From contig CAZIDO010000002.1 in assembly GCA_964538005.1 (NCBI GenBank), forward strand, positions 1 through 40,781: a DNA stretch of 40,781 nt. Reading direction: 5' to 3'. The DNA comes from an uncultured Muribaculaceae bacterium. Its GTDB lineage: Bacteria > Bacillota_I > Bacilli_A > RF39 > UBA660. Shown here one piece after another: positions 26,295 to 34,724 of this stretch. Numbering within the stretch: position 1 is the first letter of the stretch; the number at the start of each line of letters is the position of its first letter. The notes beneath the pieces are model-generated. The model did not search any database and was not told where the DNA came from. It saw only the letters and a program-made list of their open reading frames with translations. The translations under genes and the position numbers were made by a program.

Positions 26295-27308
26295 ATGAAA
26301 CAGTTGAAAGGAAGGATAGTAATGTATATAAAATCAAGTCTTAATTTAAATACTAAAGGAATTTATAATAACATGACGGTACGAAACAATGAATATCATT
26401 TACTTGATGATACTAGTAAGATATATAAATACGATGAAAAATTTAACTTTGTAGATACAGAAAAACTAGATAGAAACTTTAAGTTGTTGACTTATAATGA
26501 AAATGATTACATTTATTTAATGTCTTTAGAAAACAGTTCTAAAAATCTAAAAAAAGTTAATTTTAATTATGAAGAATATGCTGATTTAATAATAAAAAAC
26601 ACACTTTTAAAAATACACAATCTAAAAGACATTTATTATGATAAGTACCATAGCCGATATTTAATCGCTGATAAAAGGCATGTTTTTTCCATTGATAAAG
26701 AAGGAAACTTTTTAAAAAATGAAGTTCTTAATGATGAATTCTATGATTTAAAAATTGACATCGATTGTTGCCAAAAAGAAGAAATAATAAATCCAAAAGA
26801 TTTTAGTTTCACGGCTGTTGGCACAGATGGAAAATATAAATATGTCGCCTATACAAAAAACAAATCAGCATTTATTGCTAAAATATCAGAAAATGGTTCT
26901 AAAATAGATGATGTGTATGTGGGCGATAATATTGTAGTTAATTCCATCGTCTTTAATAATAAAAAAATGTTAGCCTTAGCTAATGATAAAAAAAATGATA
27001 TTATCTACGAAATTGAATACGATTTATCGAAAATAATAAATCCTAAACTCGAAGAAATTATTAATAAACTTATTGAACTATTAAATAATGTGTCTATAAA
27101 TGAAGTAGGGGTATCAACAATCATCAATACCGAAATGGAAAAAGTAAAAAAAATCATGGAAACAACAAAGGATCCAAACATTATATTAGAAGCCAACAAT
27201 TCTGCCACAAAAATGATTACAGAGGCTGTTGGTTTAGAAGATGCGCAGTACAATAATTTATTAATAATATTAGAAACCATAAAAGAATTAGAGTCATATT
27301 TAAATTAG
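26295..27308 (+). CDS. Hypothetical protein: beta-rich N-domain plus the C-terminal helical module shared with the giant and the 81-aa protein
   Basis: The likely start is ATG 26322, after GAAAGGAAGGA. The N-terminal roughly 240 aa show propeller-like strand repeats. The C-terminal 87 aa (27045-27305) align with 33841-34086 and with the giant's C-terminus. No signal peptide. Confidence 0.7.
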   Translation: MKQLKGRIVMYIKSSLNLNTKGIYNNMTVRNNEYHLLDDTSKIYKYDEKFNFVDTEKLDRNFKLLTYNENDYIYLMSLENSSKNLKKVNFNYEEYADLIIKNTLLKIHNLKDIYYDKYHSRYLIADKRHVFSIDKEGNFLKNEVLNDEFYDLKIDIDCCQKEEIINPKDFSFTAVGTDGKYKYVAYTKNKSAFIAKISENGSKIDDVYVGDNIVVNSIVFNNKKMLALANDKKNDIIYEIEYDLSKIINPKLEEIINKLIELLNNVSINEVGVSTIINTEMEKVKKIMETTKDPNIILEANNSATKMITEAVGLEDAQYNNLLIILETIKELESYLN

Positions 27309-27333
27309 TGATTATTAATTTTTATACCAAACT

Positions 27334-27359
27334 AAAAAAGGAAAATTTTCCTTTTTTTT
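27334..27359. terminator. Palindromic A/T-flanked hairpin (bidirectional terminator-like)
   Basis: AAAAAAGGAAAATTTTCCTTTTTT lies between the convergent genes 26295-27308 and 27436-33675. Confidence 0.5.
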
Positions 27360-27394
27360 AGTGCATATAACTAAGGCCCATTTTTACCATAACT

Positions 27395-27426
27395 AAAAAG
27401 CAAATAAGATTTTTAAACTTATTTGC
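27395..27426 (-). terminator. Rho-independent terminator of the giant gene
   Basis: On the minus strand, stem GCAAATAAG/CTTATTTGC with a 9-nt loop is followed by TTTTT. Confidence 0.65.
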
Positions 27427-27435
27427 TAATTACAA

Positions 27436-30400
27436 TTATTCATTAGTATATATTTTTTTTAAAATCAAACTTAGTTTATTCCTTGAAATAGTTTCAAATA
27501 GACTAAGCGTTATTATCATTTTTGTTATAGAGTCATTAATCCTAATAATCATGCTAGGATCTTTACTTTTCGCTAAAATAGTTTTAAGTTTATTAATTTC
27601 TGAAATAATAATATTATAAACAGAAAATTCTTCCGTTGCAATTACCATTAAGAATCTTATTAATTCAGGCGTTATAGTGTCTACAATTGATGTATATACC
27701 GCTTTAGACGTAGCTGTCTGATAATGTGTTTGCTCGTTTAAATCTTGGTATTGATACGCTACAAACGATTCATTTTTAATATTTAAACCAGTTCTAACCG
27801 CTTTAACATCAAAACCAATTGCCATAATCATTCCACTACTGATATTAGGAAGAACTAAATCCTCAATATTTCCTTGTACCGAAATATTATCAATCGTTAT
27901 TGAATTAGTTATAATTTCATAACGTTCATCAATTATATCCGTTAATTTAAGATTAGTAAAACTAATTGGTGCATCATTAAATAAATAAATATCGAAATGA
28001 TTAATATCATTTAAAACAAGAACTTTTTTAGAAAAATCTTTATGAATTTCCAAAAGTGGTACCAGAAAAGGTGTTACTGAAGTGACTAGTGGATAACTTT
28101 TTAAACTTTCCGTTATTTCCCTTCCTTGCTCATCTAAATATGTATAATTAATATGAGCATATTCAATAATATTATCAGCTACTGTCCTTCCCTTTAAATC
28201 AAACGTTAAAATGACATAATCATCCTGCAATAAAGGTCCAATATAAATTCCTTCGGTTAAATCTCCTTCAATTTTTTTCCCATCCCGTTTTAATGTTCCT
28301 GGAACAAAACTATATTCCGTTGGAATTGGACTATTAATGCTTACATCGTAAGTTACCTTAAAACCTTTATTTATTCCAATAATTCTTGCTTGAAGCGTTT
28401 CACCAACCATTACTTCATTGCGGTTAGCGTCTAATATAAGATCCATCTTAGGAATAATACTATCTACAATATCCGTAGTAGTTTCCGCCCACACTTCCTT
28501 TTGAATAAATACATTATTTAAATCAGTATAGTGATACTCTAATTTTACTTTATTAAGTGCCGCATTTTTCACACTTTTAGCCTTAACTTGATAAGTCAAA
28601 ATATGTGATTCATTAATCTTTAACTTTTCAAATTCAATACCATATAAAATATTTAAATCACTTGGAACATTATCAATTATTAAACTGTTTGCAACAAGTT
28701 CAAAAGCATCATCAAGAAAATCGGTAATTGTAATCGCTTCCGCATCCACGCTTCCAATATTAGTCATTTTAATTGTAAAATCAAGTGTTTCCTTAAGCCC
28801 TGCCATCTTATCAGCTGATTTTTCTAAGGAAATAAGAGCAATATCTTTTTCTAAAATATTAGTCGTAGTTGAATTACTCATTACGCCCCTGTAATTAATG
28901 TCGCCTAAACTATCAGTATAACTATAAGACACATTAGCAAAATTAATAATATTAGCTCCACTTATAGTCGCCATAGCATCAAATTTTACCGTCTTCTCTT
29001 CGCCTGGATTAATAGTTCCAACCGAAATAGAAGCTACCACTTCATTTTGTGATATCATTCCGTTATTATCAATAATTTGAATTGTATTTGGAATTATAGT
29101 ATAGTTATCAATCAAATAATTATCTAATTTTATATCATTTAAAACAACATTCCCATCATTTCTAAAATTAAAACTAAAAGCATTAATTTCCTCTAAATAT
29201 AAATTAGTTTTACTTACTTTTTGATCAACATTTATAATAACCGAATCTTTATCCTTAACCGTTAAATAAACAGGATTACTCATAGATTGTTTTTTAATAA
29301 TTTGATCTAAATTGTTTTGGTATGAATAAGCAACAGAAGCTTCATTTTTAATATTATCACCACTAGCTAACGGAATAGCTATAAATTCAATTACCAATTC
29401 CTCTTTCGGTAACAATTTATTAATGTTAATTCCTCTAATTAAATCACTAGCAATAACACTGTCGCCAATTTTAATTGACCCTGTTTTTAAAATAAATTCA
29501 ATTGGAAGATAATCCTTAACCGAAATATTAACAGCCTCTTTATTGCCATTATTTCTAATCGTTAAATAAAACATAACTTCATTAGTTACCGAAACGATTG
29601 TTGGATGGGCTTCTTTAATAATAACCACATCAGCTACCGTCTCTTCATAAACATTAGTAATTGAAGCATTACTTTGTGCGGTCATTTTAACTAATTTGCT
29701 ATTTTCATTAGTATACTCATAAGTTGCATCAACAATGTTTTTAATTGTTGTCCCTACCTTTTTAGCAAACGTTGAAAAAACAATATCAACTTTAGAATTA
29801 GGATTTATAGATACAATAGAAATATTGTTTGGTGAATAACTAGATTTTACCCCATCAATAGTTAAAGTATCATCTATGTACTCATACTCACCCGGTAAAA
29901 TATCAGTTAAAATAATATTTTGGGCATTTGTATTTCCTACGTTAGTAACCGTTAGGACAACATCATCCGTATCATTAAGTAGCCTATTTAAAGTCTCTAT
30001 TTTTGTTATCGTGAGTATTGCCTTTAACCCTTCTGTAATATTAGTATAATCCTTGTTACTGTAATTAGTATGAGTAATTTTATTAGCCAAAACATCAGTG
30101 TATGAAAAACTTACTTGAGCTTCATTTAAAACATTTGATTTATACGCTAAAGCTCTTACCTTAAAACGCAATGTTTTAGTTTGATGAGCTAAGATTTTTT
30201 CTAATTTTATCCCCTTAGTAATATTTTGAGCATTTGCCAAGCCATCAATAGTTAATGAATTTTCAATAAATGCATATTCATTCGGCAAACGATCTAAAAT
30301 TACTATTTCTTTTGCGTCAACATCCGTATCATTTAAAAGCTCAATTACAAAAGTATTCTCTTCATTAAGCTTAACCGTTTCCAATAAGTGTGATAACGTT

Positions 30401-33400
30401 ATAGAAACATTGGCAACTTTCTTTTCAATAATTGAAGTTAAGATAGGAATGCTGGAAATTGTTTCAGAAATTATTTCACCATTATTAGGGTCGTATTCAT
30501 AATTTGTTATAGCTGTATTTTTAATATTTGTTCCTATCGTTTGGCCAAGAGTATCAAATGATATTCGTTTTTTCTGATTAGGTAAAATAGTATCTAAATT
30601 AATTCCACCTTCTATTTGATTAGATGAAGCAACCCCATCTATTACTAAACTATTACTTATAATTGTGTAATGTGGATCTAAAATATCAATAACGACAACA
30701 TTATTAGCCGCAATATTACCGATATTTTGAACTTCCAAGGTAAAAGTATTTTTTTCATTAAGAAAAATAGTATCGTATAAAGCTGTTTTTTTAGTAATCA
30801 GCGTTGCTTCTTTTTTTTCATTTATACTAGTATATATATAATTACTAACACTAGATGCGACAATTTTTATATTATCTTTATTAAAATATTCGTAGCTTGA
30901 ACTAGCCTGATTAGAAATATCATTACCTAAGGCTCCAGCAATCGCCATAAATTTAATGGTTTTAGTTTGATTAGCTGCCATCGGACCAATATCTAAACCA
31001 ACTTCTATATCACCTGAAACATTTACCCCATCAACTGTTATTGAATTGTCTTTTAATGTATATTTACTATTTAAAACATCGGTTATCTTTACAACATCAG
31101 CTGACTTATTACCAATATTGGTAACCTTTAAAATAAACTCGGCATCTTCGCCTAAAAATACCTCGGGATTAGTGCAGTCTTTATCTATTTTAATAATAGC
31201 CTCTTCCATTTGTCCTATTTCATTTTTCCATCTATTACTACTACTTGTTTGTGTAATCATCGAGCCACTTTCATTTTCATAACTATAAGTTGCATAAGCC
31301 GTATTATATACATCTGTTCCAGCTTTTACTGCATTTGCCGAAAATTCAACCAAAGATTCCTGATTAGCTAAAATATTATCGATAGATATTCCTGTTTTAA
31401 TGTTTCCCGTCACTGATTTACCATTAACCATAATCGTATTAGGTAATATCTCGTAATTATCTGGAAGATCATCCCTAAAACTTATGTTGTTAGTGCTTAC
31501 GTTCCCTGTATTTCTTACATCAATACTAAAATGAACAATATCATTAAGTGCATAAATTGCTTTACTAGTATGTTTTTCTAGTGTTAAATTAGCCATCTTA
31601 ATTTTACTTATGTGAAAAGTTACGACATTACTGTTAGCCTGATTAGTAACCTTAACCCCAGCTAAGTTCGTATAATCATACTGCGCAAAAGCCGTATTTT
31701 TAATATTTCGTAATTCTCTTTTTCCTAAAACGGTATATCCAATAGTTACGGAATCTAATGGGTTTAAATCCTTTATAGTGATTCCGGAAACAATATTATC
31801 GCTTGTCTTAACATTATCAATGACTACACTTCCAAGAACAAATTCTAGTCCATTGGGTATAATGTTAAATACTTTAATATTTTGTAACTTGATAGTCCCA
31901 GTATTTACAAGTAATAAAGCAACCGTCGTCATATCGTTTTCATATAAATTGACTCTTCCTGCTGACTGATCAATCGTCAAACTTTGTAAAAAAGCTTTCG
32001 TAATGTCAATAGAAACATCATTACTTGAAATAGTCGTCTCCATTGAAGTACTATTTAAGGAATATTGTACCTTAGCTGATGCTTTAGTTATTATCCCTGT
32101 TTTTGTGGTTTTAGGTAATGCGGAAAACGAAATTGTTTTTTCCTCTTCAATTCCTAAATTATTTATCGCTAAACCAGTCGTTATATCATCACTGACTGCC
32201 GTGCCATTTACTTTAATTGAACCCGGTTTAAAAGTTAACTCGTTATTTAAATCATCAGTAATAACAATATTAGATAGTTCAACAGTTCCCGTATTCTTAA
32301 GAATAATTGTAAAAAGAACCTCTTCATTCAAATAATAAGATAATTTATTACTATTTTTAGTTAAGCTAGCGCCAAAAGCTGGTTCTCCAAGAACATGCAC
32401 AAAGACCTCATTAGTTTGCGCATCAAGTATCTTAGCTTTGCCATCTCGTTCATAGTGCCCTGCTAAAATAGCGCTATTAGGAATCCTTGTGGCAATAGTT
32501 TTCGCCCTAACTTGGTATTCTATTTTATAAGTTTGATTAGCTGTTAAATCACCAAGCTCGGTGACCTCCATAAAATTACCGGTCGTTACGCCATTTATTT
32601 TTGTGCTGCCATCGATATATTCAAAAAATGGATCCAAATTATCTCTAACGCTTACGTGATTTAAAGTCATATTACCAATGTTTTTAAGATTTACGGTAAA
32701 ATTTAAAATATCATTTACTTTGCAAGTGGTTTTATCCACGCTCTTTGTATATAAAACAGCCACATCTTCTCTAGAAATAACATCTACTAAAACGATATTA
32801 CTTGTTTTTCTAATTGTCTGCGTACCTCCATCAGGGTCAGTATAGTTTGCACTAATCATTACGGAGTTTGGTATTTTACTTTTCATAACACTGCCTATAA
32901 CTCTAAAGGTTACAATCGATTCGTTGCTTCCAGCAATCCCTCCAACCATTACATTAGATAAATCGTTTTCGCTACTTGTGGTACCATTTATAGAAATACT
33001 ACCTTGAACCAATGTTAAACCAGAATCAAGCTGATCGTTTAATATAACATTATTTAATGTGACAAAAGCTGTATTTTTAATTGAAACTGTATATTCTAAT
33101 TCTTCGTTTTCAAAAGCTACTGTTTTATTACAAGTTTTAATAACTTCAAAATCACCCGTTGTTTTATCAATTATATTAAATATAAGTTTAGTGCTTTTTT
33201 TAAGTAAAGTTTCTTTTTCACCCGTTGCATTTATAAAGCTTGCTGAACCATCAACAAGATTTGCTGCATAGCCAGTGGAAGTAGCGGTTACATTAAATGT
33301 CACAACTTTCGTACCTCCGATATTGACGTTTCCAATCACAATTGGATTATTGAGATTATCATTGTTTTTTACACCATCTATTACTAATGAATTATCGACA

Positions 33401-33675
33401 AAAGTAAAATGATTGTCTAATACATTAGTTAATTGTAAATCAGAAAGGTTTGTGTTTCCTGTATTTTGAACTGTAATTGTAAATTTAAGAATATCATCTT
33501 TAAAACAATTAACTTTGCTTGATATCATATCAATCGTATAATTACCAAGCGGGGCGTCCACTATTTTCAATGTTGATATTTCACTATCCATATTGGCAAT
33601 AGATGTTAAAACTTCGTCCATTTGATTTACTTCCTGAGAATTTTTCTCTAAGGAAGAATTAAAATCAGATTTCAT
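27436..33675 (-). CDS. Giant (2079 aa) protein of about 15 tandem DUF11-type ('conserved repeat domain') modules with a C-terminal helical module; no signal peptide, TM or LPXTG
   Basis: Uninterrupted 6.2-kb ORF with RBS AAGGATGG. The recurring roughly 130-aa unit has hallmarks such as ..L.FTI.V.NTGN....N..I.D.L......V..S..IDGV.......GI.I..I...Q......F.A.A...G..I.N.A...Y.Y... The N-terminus is hydrophilic (MKSDFNSSLEKNSQEVNQMDEV...). Confidence 0.9.
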   Translation of the reverse strand: MKSDFNSSLEKNSQEVNQMDEVLTSIANMDSEISTLKIVDAPLGNYTIDMISSKVNCFKDDILKFTITVQNTGNTNLSDLQLTNVLDNHFTFVDNSLVIDGVKNNDNLNNPIVIGNVNIGGTKVVTFNVTATSTGYAANLVDGSASFINATGEKETLLKKSTKLIFNIIDKTTGDFEVIKTCNKTVAFENEELEYTVSIKNTAFVTLNNVILNDQLDSGLTLVQGSISINGTTSSENDLSNVMVGGIAGSNESIVTFRVIGSVMKSKIPNSVMISANYTDPDGGTQTIRKTSNIVLVDVISREDVAVLYTKSVDKTTCKVNDILNFTVNLKNIGNMTLNHVSVRDNLDPFFEYIDGSTKINGVTTGNFMEVTELGDLTANQTYKIEYQVRAKTIATRIPNSAILAGHYERDGKAKILDAQTNEVFVHVLGEPAFGASLTKNSNKLSYYLNEEVLFTIILKNTGTVELSNIVITDDLNNELTFKPGSIKVNGTAVSDDITTGLAINNLGIEEEKTISFSALPKTTKTGIITKASAKVQYSLNSTSMETTISSNDVSIDITKAFLQSLTIDQSAGRVNLYENDMTTVALLLVNTGTIKLQNIKVFNIIPNGLEFVLGSVVIDNVKTSDNIVSGITIKDLNPLDSVTIGYTVLGKRELRNIKNTAFAQYDYTNLAGVKVTNQANSNVVTFHISKIKMANLTLEKHTSKAIYALNDIVHFSIDVRNTGNVSTNNISFRDDLPDNYEILPNTIMVNGKSVTGNIKTGISIDNILANQESLVEFSANAVKAGTDVYNTAYATYSYENESGSMITQTSSSNRWKNEIGQMEEAIIKIDKDCTNPEVFLGEDAEFILKVTNIGNKSADVVKITDVLNSKYTLKDNSITVDGVNVSGDIEVGLDIGPMAANQTKTIKFMAIAGALGNDISNQASSSYEYFNKDNIKIVASSVSNYIYTSINEKKEATLITKKTALYDTIFLNEKNTFTLEVQNIGNIAANNVVVIDILDPHYTIISNSLVIDGVASSNQIEGGINLDTILPNQKKRISFDTLGQTIGTNIKNTAITNYEYDPNNGEIISETISSIPILTSIIEKKVANVSITLSHLLETVKLNEENTFVIELLNDTDVDAKEIVILDRLPNEYAFIENSLTIDGLANAQNITKGIKLEKILAHQTKTLRFKVRALAYKSNVLNEAQVSFSYTDVLANKITHTNYSNKDYTNITEGLKAILTITKIETLNRLLNDTDDVVLTVTNVGNTNAQNIILTDILPGEYEYIDDTLTIDGVKSSYSPNNISIVSINPNSKVDIVFSTFAKKVGTTIKNIVDATYEYTNENSKLVKMTAQSNASITNVYEETVADVVIIKEAHPTIVSVTNEVMFYLTIRNNGNKEAVNISVKDYLPIEFILKTGSIKIGDSVIASDLIRGININKLLPKEELVIEFIAIPLASGDNIKNEASVAYSYQNNLDQIIKKQSMSNPVYLTVKDKDSVIINVDQKVSKTNLYLEEINAFSFNFRNDGNVVLNDIKLDNYLIDNYTIIPNTIQIIDNNGMISQNEVVASISVGTINPGEEKTVKFDAMATISGANIINFANVSYSYTDSLGDINYRGVMSNSTTTNILEKDIALISLEKSADKMAGLKETLDFTIKMTNIGSVDAEAITITDFLDDAFELVANSLIIDNVPSDLNILYGIEFEKLKINESHILTYQVKAKSVKNAALNKVKLEYHYTDLNNVFIQKEVWAETTTDIVDSIIPKMDLILDANRNEVMVGETLQARIIGINKGFKVTYDVSINSPIPTEYSFVPGTLKRDGKKIEGDLTEGIYIGPLLQDDYVILTFDLKGRTVADNIIEYAHINYTYLDEQGREITESLKSYPLVTSVTPFLVPLLEIHKDFSKKVLVLNDINHFDIYLFNDAPISFTNLKLTDIIDERYEIITNSITIDNISVQGNIEDLVLPNISSGMIMAIGFDVKAVRTGLNIKNESFVAYQYQDLNEQTHYQTATSKAVYTSIVDTITPELIRFLMVIATEEFSVYNIIISEINKLKTILAKSKDPSMIIRINDSITKMIITLSLFETISRNKLSLILKKIYTNE
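27691..33540 (-). repeat. About 15 tandem, highly diverged protein-level DUF11 domain repeats (each roughly 125-135 aa)
   Basis: I counted 15 occurrences of the (V/I)xNxGN ... IDG(V/L) ... NxAxxxY core by reading the translation. The repeats are not conserved at the nucleotide level. Confidence 0.7.
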
Positions 33676-33840
33676 ATAAATATACCATCCTTTATTATAT
33701 ATTTTTTAAGCATATAAATATCTCATCCCCTTTCATGATAACTTATGCACCTTTAAAAATATAATTAAGTTACATCGTCTAAAAATAAAATAACAAAGCA
33801 AAAAAAACATATTTAAAAAAATTAAATATGAATTTCCATC

Positions 33841-34086
33841 TTAATTTAAATAAGGCTTTATCAGTTCCAATTTTTGATTCAATAAAGTCTCTAGGTTATT
33901 AACTTCTTTAATTAAATTATTAACCGATTGATTAACGAGTAATATCTCTTCCGGTGTTCCGCCAAGATCAATCACTTTTTGGATTTTTAAAGCTTCCTGA
34001 TCTAATAAACTTGATATTGCCTCTTGTTCATCAGCAATCGAGGAAGCAATGTTATCAATCGCCTCACTAAAAGTTGTGTCTTTCAT
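33841..34086 (-). CDS. 81-aa all-helical protein consisting solely of the shared module
   Basis: RBS AAGGAGGAAAT. The sequence IDNIASSIADEQEAISSLLDQEALKIQKVIDLGGTPEEILLVNQSVNNLIKEVNNLETLLNQKL aligns with the C-termini of the 337-aa and 2079-aa proteins. Confidence 0.65.
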   Translation of the reverse strand: MKDTTFSEAIDNIASSIADEQEAISSLLDQEALKIQKVIDLGGTPEEILLVNQSVNNLIKEVNNLETLLNQKLELIKPYLN

Positions 34087-34156
34087 ATTTCCTCCTTTTT
34101 TAAGATATATATTGATTTTCTATTTATATCTGCCTTGTCTTTTTATCAATAATTAA

Positions 34157-34321
34157 GACAATTGTTTTTCAATTATATTGTATGAATAGTTTTAAAATAG
34201 AACAATATAAATCGCCTAAATAAAAATTTAACAATCAATTTTATCCAGGGCTTATTTAAATATATATTAGAAGAAAAGAAATTTTTAAATGCGTATTTAG
34301 TAAAATAGAACAATTGTTTTT
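34157..34321. repeat. Repeated boxes in the divergent intergenic region (TAAAATAGAACAAT x2; ACAATTGTTTTT x2 with the palindromic core ACAATTGT)
   Basis: TAAAATAGAACAAT occurs at 34193-34206 and 34301-34314. ACAATTGT occurs at 34158-34165 and 34310-34317, each followed by TTTT. Confidence 0.35.
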
Positions 34322-34364
34322 TCCTAAAAAACATATAATGTAATGAAATAATTGGAGGGATTTT

Positions 34365-34724
34365 ATGAAGAAAATTAAAATTAAATGTTTGTTATGTGAC
34401 AGCTTAGATATCTATAAATACCATATATATATGTATGATTGCGATGGTAGATTAGTCGAAGATACTGAAACAAAACAAGGCTGTGCTCTTCTAAATGTTG
34501 AGAGGTTAGGATTATACAAAATCATTATAATCCCTAAAGGATGTTTACTTCCGTGTAGGATAGTTAAATGTATTTATATAAATAATGATATTACTAATTT
34601 TCTATTTACTTTTAATAAATTTGTTTGTAAAAGACATTCAATTATTGTAAGGTTAACGGATAAACATTATAAAGGTTTGTCTGTTGCGAAAGGAGAAATG
34701 CATTTATGGAAAATAAAATTGTAA
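34365..34724 (+). CDS. Small Cys-rich protein (119 aa, 8 Cys), beta-sandwich-like
   Basis: RBS TGGAGGGA. Contains IYMYDCDGRLVEDTETKQGCALLNVERLGLYKIIIIPKGC. The C-terminal motif RLTDKHYKGLSVAKGEMHLW is shared with the next ORF's C-terminus. No signal peptide. Confidence 0.55.
   Translation: MKKIKIKCLLCDSLDIYKYHIYMYDCDGRLVEDTETKQGCALLNVERLGLYKIIIIPKGCLLPCRIVKCIYINNDITNFLFTFNKFVCKRHSIIVRLTDKHYKGLSVAKGEMHLWKIKL

Noticed and set aside
27363-27375. 13-mer GCATATAACTAAG, also present at 39450-39462, each time just after a terminator T-run. It could be an element end or an att site.
   Set aside because: No extended similarity beyond the 13 nt. By rough estimate a few chance 13-mer repeats are expected in a 40-kb AT-rich window.
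27691-33540. The repetitive region of the giant gene considered as a DNA-level tandem repeat, CRISPR-like array or assembly artefact.
   Set aside because: Periodicity exists only at the protein level, in units of about 130 aa with low identity. There are no conserved direct DNA repeats or spacers, and the frame is open throughout.
33742-33750. CATAAGTTA (minus strand) upstream of the giant gene, and similar CATAnnnTA boxes near 26117-26125 and 34172-34180, considered as sigma-K/sigma-E promoters.
   Set aside because: There is no AC (or ATATT) element at the required spacing. A 6-nt-informative AT-rich box alone is too weak to call, so these are mentioned only as context.
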